A DNA stretch of 64,000 nucleotides from Octopus sinensis (GCF_006345805.1 NC_043021.1:22072001-22136000), one strand, 5' to 3'; positions 26,786-39,294 are shown, numbered from the stretch's first letter. Notes: generated by a model from the sequence alone, not told the origin. Translations and numbers: made by a program.

Positions 26786-27596
26786 AATAATAATAATAAT
26801 AATAAGAAGAATTTCAACCATAATTCCAACTGAACATTTTATATATAGTCATTATCATGTCCCTCTATATAGCAGGAAATAACTTGGCTTCATATGCTCT
26901 TCATTATAATGACAGAATTGGCTGGTATTTCTAGCATGTGGAATAGAGGCACTCTTGATGACTCAGTTGGCTGTCTTAAAGGTTTCAGCACCGGATAGAA
27001 AAGAAGCAGAGAGAGAGAGACTTTGGCTCCACTTGTATTATCTTGATATCAATTATGCTGTAGCTAGCAATATTTTGGAGTGATCTGGTGTGGAAGCTTA
27101 ATACCGCTCCTCACTACAATACATATATAGACTAATCTAGAAGATCAAAAATATCCTGACATTTAAGCTCACCAAGACTTATTATTCTTCCCATTTCTTT
27201 TTCTAACCACACAATCTTTAACATTCAACATGTGTGCACGTGTGTGTGTGTTTGTGTGTGTGTGTGCATGCGTATGTGTGTGTGTGTGTGTGTGTGAGGA
27301 TGATCCTCACAATTTCGGCTGATTAATCTTGAGATTGGTCCGGTCTGGCTAGCCCCAAGGAAAAACTAAGCTACGAGCATTAGATTTCTTGGAAAAAGGA
27401 TCGAATGTATACGAAACAAGGACAGAAAAACGGACGATGTTACACGAATATAAATACAAAAAACAAAAAGTAATACGAATATAAATAGAAAAAACAATAA
27501 TAATAATAATAATAATAACAGCAACAACAATAATAATAATAACAGGACAAAAACAACAGTCGTCTTTCGAGTTTAGACAGTTCAACTTAGCTGGCG

Positions 27597-27639
<43 letters not shown>

Positions 27640-27643
<4 letters not shown>

Positions 27644-27835
27644 AAGTTAATCCAAACAAGAAAGCACAAAAAAACACAACAACGCGAGGACGTGGAACAA
27701 ATATAGTATTATTGGATGCTCAGGAAAGAAGGAAAGAAGGAGGGTTTAACGTTTCGAGCGGATCTCTTCATCAGAAACATAGGAGAAGGAAAGATCCAGA
27801 GAAGGGAAGACAGAGGAAAAAAATCGCCAACGGTA
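27640..27835 (-). mobile_element. PLE-like non-autonomous repeat carrying a hammerhead; siblings at 30268-30418 (-) and 23110-23170 (+)
   Basis: Shared ttaatccaaacaagaaagcacaaaaaaacacaacaacgcgaggacgtggaacaaatatagtattattgga..ctcaggaaag; TA-tract flanked. Confidence 0.7.
27744..27778 (-). ncRNA. Minimal type-I hammerhead ribozyme (canonical core)
   Basis: GUUU-CUGAUGA-A-GAG auccg CUC-GAAA-CG-UU-AAAC. Confidence 0.75.
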
Positions 27836-28289
27836 CACACGAGATATATATATTTATATACACACACACATAGATGCACACACACATATATAAATATATA
27901 TATACATGCATGCACACACATACACACGATTGGCTCCTACTAAATTCACTCACAAGGCTTTGGTTGGCTTGGGGTTATAATATAAGACACTTGCTCAAGG
28001 TACCACACAATGGGAATGAACCCAGAACCACTTGGTTGGGAAGCAAACGTCTTACCACGCAGCCATGTTTGCTTCCATTTTCATTTGAAAATCATATCTT
28101 TCCAAATTTAGAAATTTAGTTTGCAGTTTCCAATACGAGGAAGGAATACAAAATAATTTTTTTTTTTTTGGTATTTCATTTTTGTATTTGTATACTCATA
28201 GATATTTAAAGTATTCTACCAATATTTGTAGCATTTGACAAGACCCCGAACCTGTTGGGGCTCGTTGGGGTACTGCAGCCAGCCATGCA

Positions 28290-28490
28290 GCATATCTTGG
28301 GTGAGAAAGCCTGGCAGACCCCATCTCTCTTCAGTCTAAACTCATTTCTACGGCTGAGTGGACCGGAGCAGAGGAAATCAGAAAATGAAGTGTTTTGCTC
28401 AAGAACACAACAAATCACCCAGGCCAGGAATCGAAACCACAATCTTACGATCATGAGTCCAACACCCTAACCACTAAGCTACACATCTCC
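28290..28490 (-). mobile_element. SINE C
   Basis: ctcatttctacggctgagtgg...aagtgttttgctcaagaacacaac...ggaatcgaaaccacaatc. Confidence 0.75.
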
Positions 28491-28923
28491 GCAATTTGTA
28501 ACAATGCCAGGAGACAATCATTTCAAACAAAAACACATTTATAATATTGATTGAGAGATGTATTTGATTCAGGGATTCAATACAAAGCATTGTACTTCAC
28601 AGAGCATAACACTTGAATATTTTAGGAATGGGCCATTGAGCAGACGTCATTGTACATTGGAATAACCCGAGCACAAAGATGCCTGACCGAAACTATTTGA
28701 ACTGCAGACTGTTGCTAACAGCTGATGGCCAATGTTATTGGAAATGTTGTGTATTTAATCAAGTAGATTTGAATCATCATCATCATCATTTAACGTGTGT
28801 TTTCCATGATGGCATGGGTTTGACGGTTTGACCAGGGTTGGAAACTGAGGAGCTGCGCCAGACTCATATATATATATATATACATACATACATACATACA
28901 TACATACATACATAAATACACAC

Positions 28924-28953
<30 letters not shown>

Positions 28954-28955
<2 letters not shown>

Positions 28956-29185
28956 TTCTTTATTGCCCACAAGGGGCTAAACATAGAGGGGACAAACAAG
29001 GACAGACATAGGTATTAAGTCGATTACATCGACCCCGGTGCATAACTGGTACTTAATTTATCGACCCTGAAAGGATGAAAGGTAAAGTCGACCTTGGTGG
29101 AATTTGAACTCACAACGTAACGGCAGACGAAATACTGCTAAGCATTTCACCCGACGTGCTAATGTTTCTGCTAGCTCGCCGCCTT
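28954..29185 (-). mobile_element. SINE D, full length
   Basis: Complete reverse copy. Confidence 0.88.
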
Positions 29186-29869
29186 TACATACATACATAC
29201 ATATATCATCATCATCATCATTTAATGTCCATTGTCCATGCTGGCATGGTTTCTATGTCTGGATGCCCTTCCTAATGCCAACCACTTTGAGACTGTAATT
29301 TCATTCTGCGAGTGTAATCCGACCAAAAAGTCAGGTTTAATACCCACCCTATCCTCAGAGTACCATATGAGGTTGAGGTTGTTGTCATGGGAACTGCACA
29401 GTCTGCACCTTCCCAGCTATAATCCTCATCATCGTAATTGTTATTCAACGTTTGTTTTCCGTGCTGGCATGGGTTAGATGGCTTGACAGAAGAAGCTGAT
29501 GAGCCTGAAGATTGCAGCCGGCTCGGCTGTGTGCATCCAAACATCAATCCGTTTACAGAATGTACTGGGTGCTTTTGACATGGTACTGTGACAAGTGAGA
29601 TCACTGGGTACCTTGCAGGGCAAGATCCCTCAACTGAGGTGGAGGGATTAGTAATGAGAGAGGTGGCTTTGTGTCAGGTGGTTGGGAAGCGAGCTTCTTA
29701 CCACTCATCTATGCTTGGTATGATCAAAAGATATACAGACCAATACGTAACCAAAACCATGGAACTTGGCTGTGTGGTACAAAGTTTGCTTCCCAACATT
29801 GTTCTGGGTTCAGTCCCACTCGAAATGAGGGGTAGATAGACAGCCAACAACTGATGAAGGGTCCTTTCT

Positions 29870-30006
29870 CAAGCTAGCATGGGTTGGATGATTTCACTGA
29901 GGACTGGCGAAGCAGATGGCTGCACCAGGCTCCAATCTTGATCCGACAGAGTTTCTACAGCTGGATGCCCTTCCTAATGCCAATAACTCTGAGAGTGTAA
30001 TGGGTT

Positions 30007-30042
<36 letters not shown>

Positions 30043-30205
30043 ACGTCTGCTTTCCATGCTAGCATGGGTTGGACGGCTTGACTGAGGACTGGCAAGCCAG
30101 AATGCTACACCAGACTCCAATCTTGAGTTTCTACAGCTGGATGCCCTTCCTAACACCAACCACTCCCAGAATGTAGTGGGTGCTTTTACATGCCACTAGC
30201 ATGGG
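29870..30205 (-). mobile_element. Two tandem RTE 3' tails separated by (TA)n
   Basis: gctagcatgggttgga...ctacagctggatgcccttccta present twice. Confidence 0.8.
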
Positions 30206-30231
30206 AAACAAGTGTGTGTGTGTGTGTGTGC

Positions 30232-30272
<41 letters not shown>

Positions 30273-30366
30273 ATCCAAACAAGAAAGCACAAAAAAACAC
30301 AACAACGCGAGGACGTGGAACAAATATAGTATTATTGGACGCTCAGGAAAGAAGGAAAGAAGGAGG

Positions 30367-30401
30367 GTTTAACGTTTTGAGCAGAGCTCTTCATTGGAAA
30401 C
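30367..30401 (-). ncRNA. Decayed sibling hammerhead (CCAAUGA / AAAA)
   Basis: GUUU-CCAAUGA-A-GAGC ucu GCUC-AAAA-CG-UU-AAAC. Confidence 0.55.
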
Positions 30402-30414
30402 ATAGGAGAAGGAA

Positions 30415-30451
<37 letters not shown>

Positions 30452-30544
30452 CATGCATAAAATATATGTAAAAATATCTGTAAAATAGCACTGCTAGTTA
30501 CTGCACATAACCAACATGGAACATTTTCCAAACAGTAAAAGCAG

Positions 30545-30619
30545 CTTATACATAAACAAACCAACAATGCAGAGAATGTGCCCAAGGCCTACAGAACTGC
30601 ATTTGGCAGTGCAATGAAG
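30545..30619 (+). CDS. Candidate exon (LIHKQTNNAENVPKAYRTAFGSAMK), or a UTR exon ending ATG-AAG
   Basis: Strong donor AAG|gtaagt at 30619/30620; acceptor ambiguous (cag at 30535 or 30544); non-repetitive sequence. Confidence 0.3.
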
Positions 30620-30643
30620 GTAAGTAATACAAGTAACACTACC

Positions 30644-30689
<46 letters not shown>

Positions 30690-30694
<5 letters not shown>

Positions 30695-31006
30695 AAAAAA
30701 TGAATGAACTAGTGAGTTTAGTTTAATGGCCTACCAATGTATACAATGAGTTTCTTTGCCCTAGGAGTCGGGAAGACACCCGTAAGAAATGGAAGCAAAT
30801 TGAAAGAAGAAGAAAAACCCATAAATAATAATAATAATAATATAATAATAATAATAATGTTCTATCAAAAAAAAAAAAAAAATGAATGAACTAGTGAGTT
30901 TAGTTTAATGGCCTACCAATGTATACAATGAGTTTCTTGCCCTTGGAGTCGGGAAGACACTTGGCAAGAAATGGAAGCAAATTTGAAAGAAGAAGAAAAA
31001 CCCATA

Positions 31007-31043
<37 letters not shown>

Positions 31044-31189
31044 TTCTATCAAAAAAAAAAAAAATGAATGAACTAGTGAGTTTAGTTTAATGGCCTACCA
31101 ATGTATACAATGAGTTTCTTTGCCCTTGGAGTCGGGAAGACACTTGGCAAGAAATGGAAGCAAATTTGAAAGAAGAAGAAAAACCCATA

Positions 31190-31223
<34 letters not shown>

Positions 31224-31370
31224 TTCTATCAAAAAAAAAAAAAATGAATGAACTAGTGAGTTTAGTTTAATGGCCTACCAATGTATACAATGAGTTTCTT
31301 TGCCCTAGGAGTCGGGAAGACACCCGGTAAGAAATGGAAGCAAATTTGAAAGAAGAAAAACCCATAAACA
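30690..31370. repeat. Tandem repeat, 4 units of ~180-190 bp ending in (AAT)n
   Basis: gaatgaactagtgagtttagtttaatggcctaccaatg...ggagtcgggaagacac...gaagaaaaacccataaa(taa)n. Confidence 0.9.
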
Positions 31371-31489
31371 ACAAGAATAATAATAATGATGACGTTGACG
31401 ATGATGATGATGATGACAACAGCAACAACAACATGGTATAAAACAACTGATTTGCTCTCTGAGTGGATTATCTTCAGCTTTACCTTCAG

Positions 31490-31564
31490 GAGTCCTTCGA
31501 TAAAGCAATTAGGGATTTACTTTTAAGGAAACCAGTCAATGAGTTTTTATGCAAGTCATGTGAC
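31490..31564 (+). CDS. Candidate 75-nt phase-0 coding exon ([25 protein letters not shown]), unidentified protein
   Basis: Acceptor cttcagctttaccttcag|, donor gac|gtgagt; only frame 0 is open. Confidence 0.5.
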
Positions 31565-31679
31565 GTGAGTGTGGGTGCGGGTGGGGTGGGGTGGGGGTGG
31601 GGGTGGGAGGTAGGCGGTGAAAGTGTGTGTAGATTTGTGTATGCTTGTGCTTCAGGGTGTGTGTGTGTGTATATGTATG

Positions 31680-31725
31680 AATATGTCTGTGTGTTTGAAC
31701 TTGTATGTGTATACCATCTCTGTCA

Positions 31726-31773
<48 letters not shown>

Positions 31774-31803
31774 GCATGCATATATGTATGTACATAAATA
31801 TAT

Positions 31804-31835
<32 letters not shown>

Positions 31836-32100
31836 ACATACATATATATATATACATATACATACATATATATACATACATACATTTATATATATATATA
31901 TATGTATGTATATATATATACATACATATAAATATATACATACATACATATATATACACACACAGAGACATATATATATATACATACACACATTCACATA
32001 TATATATACACACATCTACATACATACACACATTCACATATATATATATATATATATATATATACGTATATATATGTACATATACACACACACACATTAG
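31680..32100. repeat. (TA)n/(CA)n microsatellite field
   Basis: Visible. Confidence 0.9.
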
Positions 32101-32144
32101 TCTTGTATCATTCTCATGATGATATTTGTCTTCTCTCCATCAAG

Positions 32145-32168
32145 GAAAACAATTTATTTTCCTTTTGA
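32145..32168 (+). CDS. Candidate terminal exon (ENNLFSF*)
   Basis: Pyrimidine tract tttgtcttctctccatcaag| in phase with the previous candidate exon. Confidence 0.25.
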   Translation, partial: ENNLFSF

Positions 32169-32250
32169 GAAGAGAAACACTCATCGTCCAATGGAAAGCA
32201 ATGAAGGAAACTTTGGAACCTGTTATTGTTTTTGCCTTACACATTGCATA

Positions 32251-32661
32251 TACTCTCTTTACTCTTTAACTTGTTTCAGTCATTTGACTGTGGCCATGCT
32301 GCAGCACCGCCTTTAGTCGAGCAAATCGACTCCGGGACTTATTCTTTGTAAGCCCAGTACTTATTCTATCGGGCTCTTTTGCCGAACTGCTAAGTGACGG
32401 GGACGTAAACACACCAGCATCGGTTGTCAAGCAATGCTAGGGGGACAAACACAGACACACAAACACACACATACATATATATATATACATATATACGACA
32501 GGCTTCTTTCAGTTTCCGTCTACCAAATCCACTCACAAGGCATTGGTCGGCCCGGGGCTATAGCAGAAGACACTTGCCCAAGATGCCACACAGTGGGACT
32601 GAACCCGGAACCATGTGGCTGGTTAGCAAGCTACTTACCACACAGCCACTCCTGCGCCTAT
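32251..32661 (-). mobile_element. SINE A, full length
   Basis: Complete structure. Confidence 0.9.
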
Positions 32662-33279
32662 ATACATTACATCGTTTCATTTTCTTCTTTACCTTTCACT
32701 CGTTTCATTCACTGGACTGCAGCCACACAGGGGCAGTTTCCTGAAGGGTGTTGGTCAGACATTTTGAACCCAGTAGTAATAATTTTTCCTAAGTCAGGTA
32801 CTTTCTCGATCACTCTCTTTTTGTTGCACTCATAAATTACAGGGAAGTGAACAAATTCACATCGGTTGTCAAGCAGCAGGGGTTGCTGGTAGAAAACCCA
32901 CAAGCACAAATTCATATATATCATGGGCTTCAACATAGTTTCCTCTACCGAATTCCCTCGTACACCATTGATTGGCTCTGGGCTTTAAAAGGAAACATTT
33001 GCAACAGAGCCACACGGTGAGACTGAACCCCAAACCAGTGTGTTTAGAAAGCAAGCTCCTTAACTACACAGCTATGCTTGCACCTATAAAGATATGTACA
33101 GAAATGATTGCAGAGCAATCGGGGTTTCTTTTGGGGGGGGGGCAAAATAGCAAAATTATTGCAGAGCATTATGAAATGAAAAGCTTTACTCAAAAATACA
33201 ATACTCTGCCGAGTCTGGAAATTGAAACCATGACGTCTTAATCATGAGTCTAACACCCTAACCACTAAACCATGCACAC

Positions 33280-33310
<31 letters not shown>

Positions 33311-33475
33311 GAGGAGGTGCTGACAAGTGCTTGGCTTTGGGTAAAAGAAAACACAGGATGGTCAGTTAATTATGATTTTATTCAGCCTATTCCCCTCTCA
33401 GATTCACATACTTATAGCAGAGGCCCTTCAGTTTTTCTAAGCCCTGGAAAAGAACTCAGGCTTTTCATGATACCC

Positions 33476-34194
33476 TAAACCCTTTCATTACTGTATTTAT
33501 TTTGAGATACTTTATTTTTCTTTCAATTAATCTTAAATATAACAAAGAATTTAGTAAAATAACTTAGTGATCATTCAGCTAGTGTTAGGAACATAAATTG
33601 TGACTGAGGTTTGGTGGAAGATTTTAATTCAAAACTTATGGAAACAAGACCAGAGCCGGTTTCAGCCGGGTTGGTATTAAAAGGGTTAAGAATTGTTTCT
33701 CTATTATATATTTTAACCCTTTTGTTACCATATTTCTGTTGAGATGCTCTGTGTTTCTTTCAATTATTTTAAATATAACAAAGAATTTAGTAAAATAACT
33801 TAGTTATCATTAAGCTAGTGTTAGGAACATAAATTGTGACTAAGGTTTTGGTGGAAGATTTTAATTCAAAGCTTATGAAAACAAGACATTTGTACTGCAG
33901 AGCCAGAGCCGGTTTCAGCCGGGTTGGTATTCAAAGGGTTAAGAATTGTTTCTCTATTATATATTTTAACCCTTTTGTTACCATATTTCTGTTGAGATGC
34001 TCTGTGTTTCTTTCAATTAATTTTAAATATAACAAAGTATTTAGTAAAATAACTTGGTTATCATTAAGCTAGTGTTAGGAACATAAATTGTGACTAAGGT
34101 TTGGTGGAAGATTTTAATTCAAAACTTATGAAAATTAGACATTTGTACTTAGAGCCAGAGCCGGCTTCAGCCGGGTTGGTAACGAAAGGGTTAA
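33476..34194. mobile_element. Three tandem piggyBac-type MITEs
   Basis: Units bounded by TTAA|CCCTTT...AAAGGG|TTAA (33713-33942, 33966-34194, degenerate 33476-33689); identical spacer between units, period 253 bp. Confidence 0.8.
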
Positions 34195-34994
34195 AGCCAA
34201 AAAATGTTCAGCACAGTCTCATATATATTTTACAACTGGGCTTCTTTCAGTTTCTCTTTATGAAATCCTCTTGCAAGGCTTTGATCAAACCAGGGCTGCG
34301 GCCAGAAAACACTTCCCCAAGGAACAACGCAGTAAAACTGAACTGAAAACCATATGTTTGGTATAAAAACTTCTTAAGCACACAGCCATGCTTATGTACA
34401 AATAAACAAACAACTAGACATACCGGTCTTTGAATTTCTTGTTTTTCTTTCTTCTGTCTCTACGTTCTGTTGAACTACTTTCGTTCCTGAAGAGAAAACA
34501 TAAAGAAAAAAAAAATGAGAGATGGCGTCAGATCAAACCACAGATAATTCTTCTCTTTGTTTACTTATCTTTTGCATTTTATTTTAGTGTTAAAACAAGC
34601 GATAAATGATAAAATCTACTTCACCACGAAAGGATGAATAAGGCATTGATCTCTGGCAAAGTAGCTTGTGTTTGTGTTATCTTTTATCTTTTCCAGTTTA
34701 CTCACTTCAGTCACTGGACTGCGGCCATGCTGGGGCACTGCCTTGAAGGGTTTTAGTCAAACAAATCAACCCCAGCACTTATTTATTTTGTTTCATCTGT
34801 TTGCTTTTGCTGAAATTACTATGCCACGGAGGCTTAGTTGGACCAACATGTGTGTCAAGCAATGACAGGGGACAGACACAGCCCGGCCACTTTTGCCATT
34901 CAAAGGTTATTTTTAACCCAAAATTTACATGCTGTACTTCATGTTCAACTCCAAAAGCAAATTAAATAGATATATATGTATGTATATCTATCTA

Positions 34995-35040
<46 letters not shown>

Positions 35041-35044
<4 letters not shown>

Positions 35045-35433
35045 TGCAGGAGTGGCTGTGTGGTAAGTAGCTTGTTTACCAACCACATGATTCCAGGTTC
35101 AGTCCCACTGCGTGGCACCTTGGGTTAGTGTCTTCTACTATAGCCTCAGGCCAACCAAAGCCTTGTGAGTGGATTTGGTAGACGGAAACTGAAAGAAGCC
35201 CGTCGTATATATGTATATATATATATATATATATATGCGTGTGTCTGTGTTTGTCCTCCTAGCATTGCTTGACAACCGATACTGGTGTGTTTATGTCCCC
35301 GTTACTTAGCAGTTCGGCTTACAACTGGGCTTACAAAAAAAATAAGTCCCGGGGTTGAGTTGCTCGATTAAAAAGGCGGTGCTCCAGCATGGCCACGGTT
35401 AGATGACTGAAACAAGTAAAAGAGTAAAAGAGT
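35041..35433 (+). mobile_element. SINE A, full length
   Basis: Complete structure. Confidence 0.9.
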
Positions 35434-35544
35434 ATATGTTGCTGTGATAGAAAAAACACCTCAAGTTAAGTAGAAACGTGGTTGTCCTCATATACAGGCT
35501 TGTCCCCTATAACCCTCTCCAGCTGAGCATCCCTAATCTCATGT

Positions 35545-36080
35545 GCTGGTGTCATGTAAAAAGGGACCTATGCCAGTGCTGCATAAGAGCACCCTGTATA
35601 CTCTTTAAAGTGGTTGACATTAGGAAGGGCATCCAGCTGTAGAAACCATGCCAAAACAGAGCCGACCTGAACAGCCCAACTGCTGGTCTGCTCCTATCAA
35701 ACCGTCCAACCCATGGAAAACAGATGTTAAATGATGATGATATATATAGGCACTGGCATGGCTGTGTGGCAAGAGGCTTACTTACCAACAACATGGTTTC
35801 AGGTTCAGTCCCTCTGTGTGGCACCTTGAGCAAGTGTTTCTACTTTAACCTCAGGCTGACTGAAGCCTTGTGAGAGGTAGATGAGAATTGAAAAAAAGCC
35901 TGTCATATGAATATGTGTGTGCATGCGTATTTGTCACCTGTCATCACTTGACAACACAACTGGTGTTGGTGTGTTTATGTCCCTGTAATTTAGCAGACCC
36001 TGTAGCTTGTCCAAATAAACTGACAGAAAAGTAGTTGGCTTTAAAAATAACAATAAGTACTGCGGTTGATTCCATTGACC
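35545..36080 (+). mobile_element. RTE 3' tail followed by a degenerate SINE A
   Basis: taggaagggcatccagctgtagaaacc...ccaacccatgg...gatgatgat, then ggcatggctgtgtgg. Confidence 0.7.
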
Positions 36081-36479
36081 AAAATTCTTGTCTTAACTGA
36101 CCAAATTCGCTCACGAGGCTTTGGCTGGCCTGGGACTGTACTGCAAGACCCAAGCCCAAGATTCTGTGGTGCTGTGCAGTGAGAATGAACCCATCACCAT
36201 GAGATTGCAAAGTAACCTTCTAAGCGACATTATGTAAAATATAGATGGTACCAGCCAGCAAGGGGAATTTGCATGCATAACGGTGGTCATGTGACATAGA
36301 AAAAAAGACATGTTGTTACTATTAATCTATAATGGAATTCAGTGTTAAGCATACATGAAACTCACCAGCAGGACACACAGACACACCAAAAGAAAAAAAC
36401 TAAACAAAATTTTTTTAAAATTAATGGCTGATACCTAAAGAAATAGTGGATATGAAAAATTTATTTCATACACGCATAC

Positions 36480-36596
36480 AGATATATATATATTCATATG
36501 CATAAACGTATAAATATATGTGTATATATGTATAATGTATATTAATATATATATCTGCATATACATATATCTGTATATATATCTGTATATATATAT

Positions 36597-36648
<52 letters not shown>

Positions 36649-36926
36649 ATATATATAGATAGATATAGATATATATACATATATATATATATACATATAC
36701 ATACATATACATACATATACATACATATACATACATATACATACATATATATACATATATATACATATATATATATATATAGTATATATATATATATATT
36801 ATATATATATATATACATATATATATGTGTTATCTATATGCATATATACATATTTATATAAATATATATATTTATGTATATATCCATATATATATATATA
36901 TGCATATATATATGTATGTATATATG

Positions 36927-36957
<31 letters not shown>

Positions 36958-37077
36958 GTTATATATGTATGTATATATATATGTATGTATATATATGTAT
37001 ATATGTATATATATATATATATATGTATATATATGTGTGTATATATATATATATTATATATATATATATATATATAG

Positions 37078-37110
<33 letters not shown>
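36480..37110. repeat. (TA)n-dominated microsatellite
   Basis: Visible. Confidence 0.95.
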
Positions 37111-37421
37111 ACGTGCAAACCAGGGGAATATAGCAGCATTAACAAAAACAACCAAGAAGCAGAAAATATAGAAATTAAATTTCGAATGAAACAGAGAACA
37201 GTAATAACAACTTCAAAAACATCCATAATGACAAAAAGTCAGCATATAGAAGAAAAAGAAAGAAAAAAAAACACATTAACCCACTAACCCACCCACCCAT
37301 CCAAACACACCTCTCTAAGAAAGAGGACACAGGTCTTAGAGAAAGTGTAACTTTCGTTTCTTTCCAGAAGCAACAAGAATTAAATTTATAAATATTCCAT
37401 TGTTTTATTATTATTATTATT

Positions 37422-37465
<44 letters not shown>

Positions 37466-38286
37466 GTTGTTGTTATTGTTATTATTCAAAAAACAAAATT
37501 AATATATATATAATCCGTAAAATGAAATAAAAGAAAAAAACAATAGTGATAAAAAAATATATTAATCTTATGGAAAGATATATCTTCAAACCTTGGCTAG
37601 GATCACAAAATAACATGTTTTATTGTATTTTTTTATGTTTGTTTTTGTTTTTGTTTTTGTCTTGCAACCGGAAGCCAAAGGAATTAAACTTATGAATAAT
37701 TTATTATTTCATTTTTTTTTTTTGTGTGTTTTTTGAAAAATCAAAATATTGCGGAAGGAAATAAGGGGGGGGGGGGAAGAAAGAAAGAACGAAAGACAGA
37801 ACGAAAGAAAAGAAAGGAAGGAAGAAAGCGAAACACCACCTCCACCCCCCACTTGCTCCATGAAGGAAATATCAAATCCGAATTTGGAATAATGCAAAGA
37901 ATTACATAAAAAAAATACATCAAGAATAACAGAGATAAATATATGCCACTGTAACCCCAATGTACACCCAACCCTGGATAAAAACACTGCACTATCATCA
38001 TAAAGGGGCTTTTATTTCTTTTTTTCCTGTTGGACGTCAGAAGAATTCAACGTAGGAACATCATCATCATCGTCATCATAATTTTTAACATCCACTTTTC
38101 CATGCACTCGTACGTCGGGTGGAATGCGTTGTGCAAAGCATTGGGCAAACCAGAGATTCAGTTGAAAACACTTGCCCAAGGTCCTGAGCAGTGAGGTTGA
38201 TCCCAAAGCCACATGGTTTGATGCAGGCTTCGTACCCAAATAGTTATGCCGGTACATACATTCAGGAATGTTGGCTGTCCCATGGC

Positions 38287-38514
38287 TTAACCCTTTAGCA
38301 TTCAGATTACTCTGTCAGATGTAAAGCCTGTTTAATTACATTGTTTTAAATTAATTGTACAGCATCTTGTAACTCTGAGATTTTGATGATGTCCCTGTTT
38401 ATTTTTAGAATGACTTTGTAGGGTAGGTGTGAGAGGTCAGAGCTGGCTGGTTTGAGCATATAACAGGAAGATAATTTTGGCCTGGCATGGCCGGTTTAAA
38501 CACTAAAGGGTTAA
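38287..38514. mobile_element. piggyBac-type MITE, second family
   Basis: TTAA|CCCTTTAG...CTAAAGGG|TTAA. Confidence 0.75.
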
Positions 38515-38863
38515 ATATAAGAACAAACTGAAGTGTAGCAGTCAGTGTAGCTCACAACATCTTTGAGCAGAAAGCCTTGGAGCAAACGGAAGAGAGATCA
38601 TCGTGTCACAATGGTATAAGAGACATTGTTTCAACCAGGATTAACAGGATTAAGGGGGTTAGGGGTGCAAGGGAAAGGAGAAAAGCAACTGCAAATGTAC
38701 TTCCTGCACTGACCCATAATCTCCATACCTGCAACATTTGTGGGCTTCCTTGCAGATTATTGGCAGGACTCAGATGTTACATTCAACATAAGCATTATGA
38801 TTGACAAAACGAGTGTAGGTTGTTGGGTCCTCATATGTTGAAACTGACGGGAGAGTCCGTCAT
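38515..38863 (+). pseudogene. RTE-type LINE ORF2 C-terminus (Cys/His knuckle) plus short 3'UTR
   Basis: EERSSCHNGI...RGARERRKA...HTCNICGLPCRLLAGLRCYIQHKH*, then hairpin tgacgg gagagt ccgtca and cat. Confidence 0.7.
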
Positions 38864-39112
38864 CGGCGGAATTTGAACTCAGAACGTAACGTCAGACGAA
38901 ATACCGCTAAGCAGACCGGACGAAGTGCTTAGCGGTATTTTGTCTGACGTTACGTTCTGAGTTCAAATTCCGCCGAGGTCGACTTTGCCTTTCATCCTTT
39001 CGGGGTCGATTAAAATAAGTACCAGTTACGCACTGGGGTCGATGTAATTGACTTAATCCTTGTCTTTGTTTGTCCCCTCTGTGTTTAATCCCTTGTGGGT
39101 AGTAAAGAAATA
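38864..39112 (+). mobile_element. SINE D with inverted duplication of its 5' part (50-bp arms, 12-nt loop)
   Basis: 38864-38913 versus 38926-38975, 49/50 complementary. Confidence 0.9.
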
Positions 39113-39197
39113 TATATATATATATATATATATACGAAGACAGGTGGTGAAGACAACAAACAGATGTATTAGTTTAATGCTTGGGAAGTGAAAAACA

Positions 39198-39233
39198 CTT
39201 TAACGTTTCGAGCCTACGCTCTTCCACAGAAAG
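39198..39233 (-). ncRNA. Minimal hammerhead-like motif with variant core CUGUGGA
   Basis: CUUU-CUGUGGA-A-GAGC guag GCUC-GAAA-CG-UU-AAAG. Confidence 0.55.
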
Positions 39234-39294
39234 GAACACAGAAAGAAACAAGGAGAGAAAATAAAGAAAGTGTAGTTGCTGGCGATGATAGCTG

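Noticed and set aside
29851-29870. CUGAUGA after caa
   Set aside because: No stem II or GAAA follows; at most a truncated remnant
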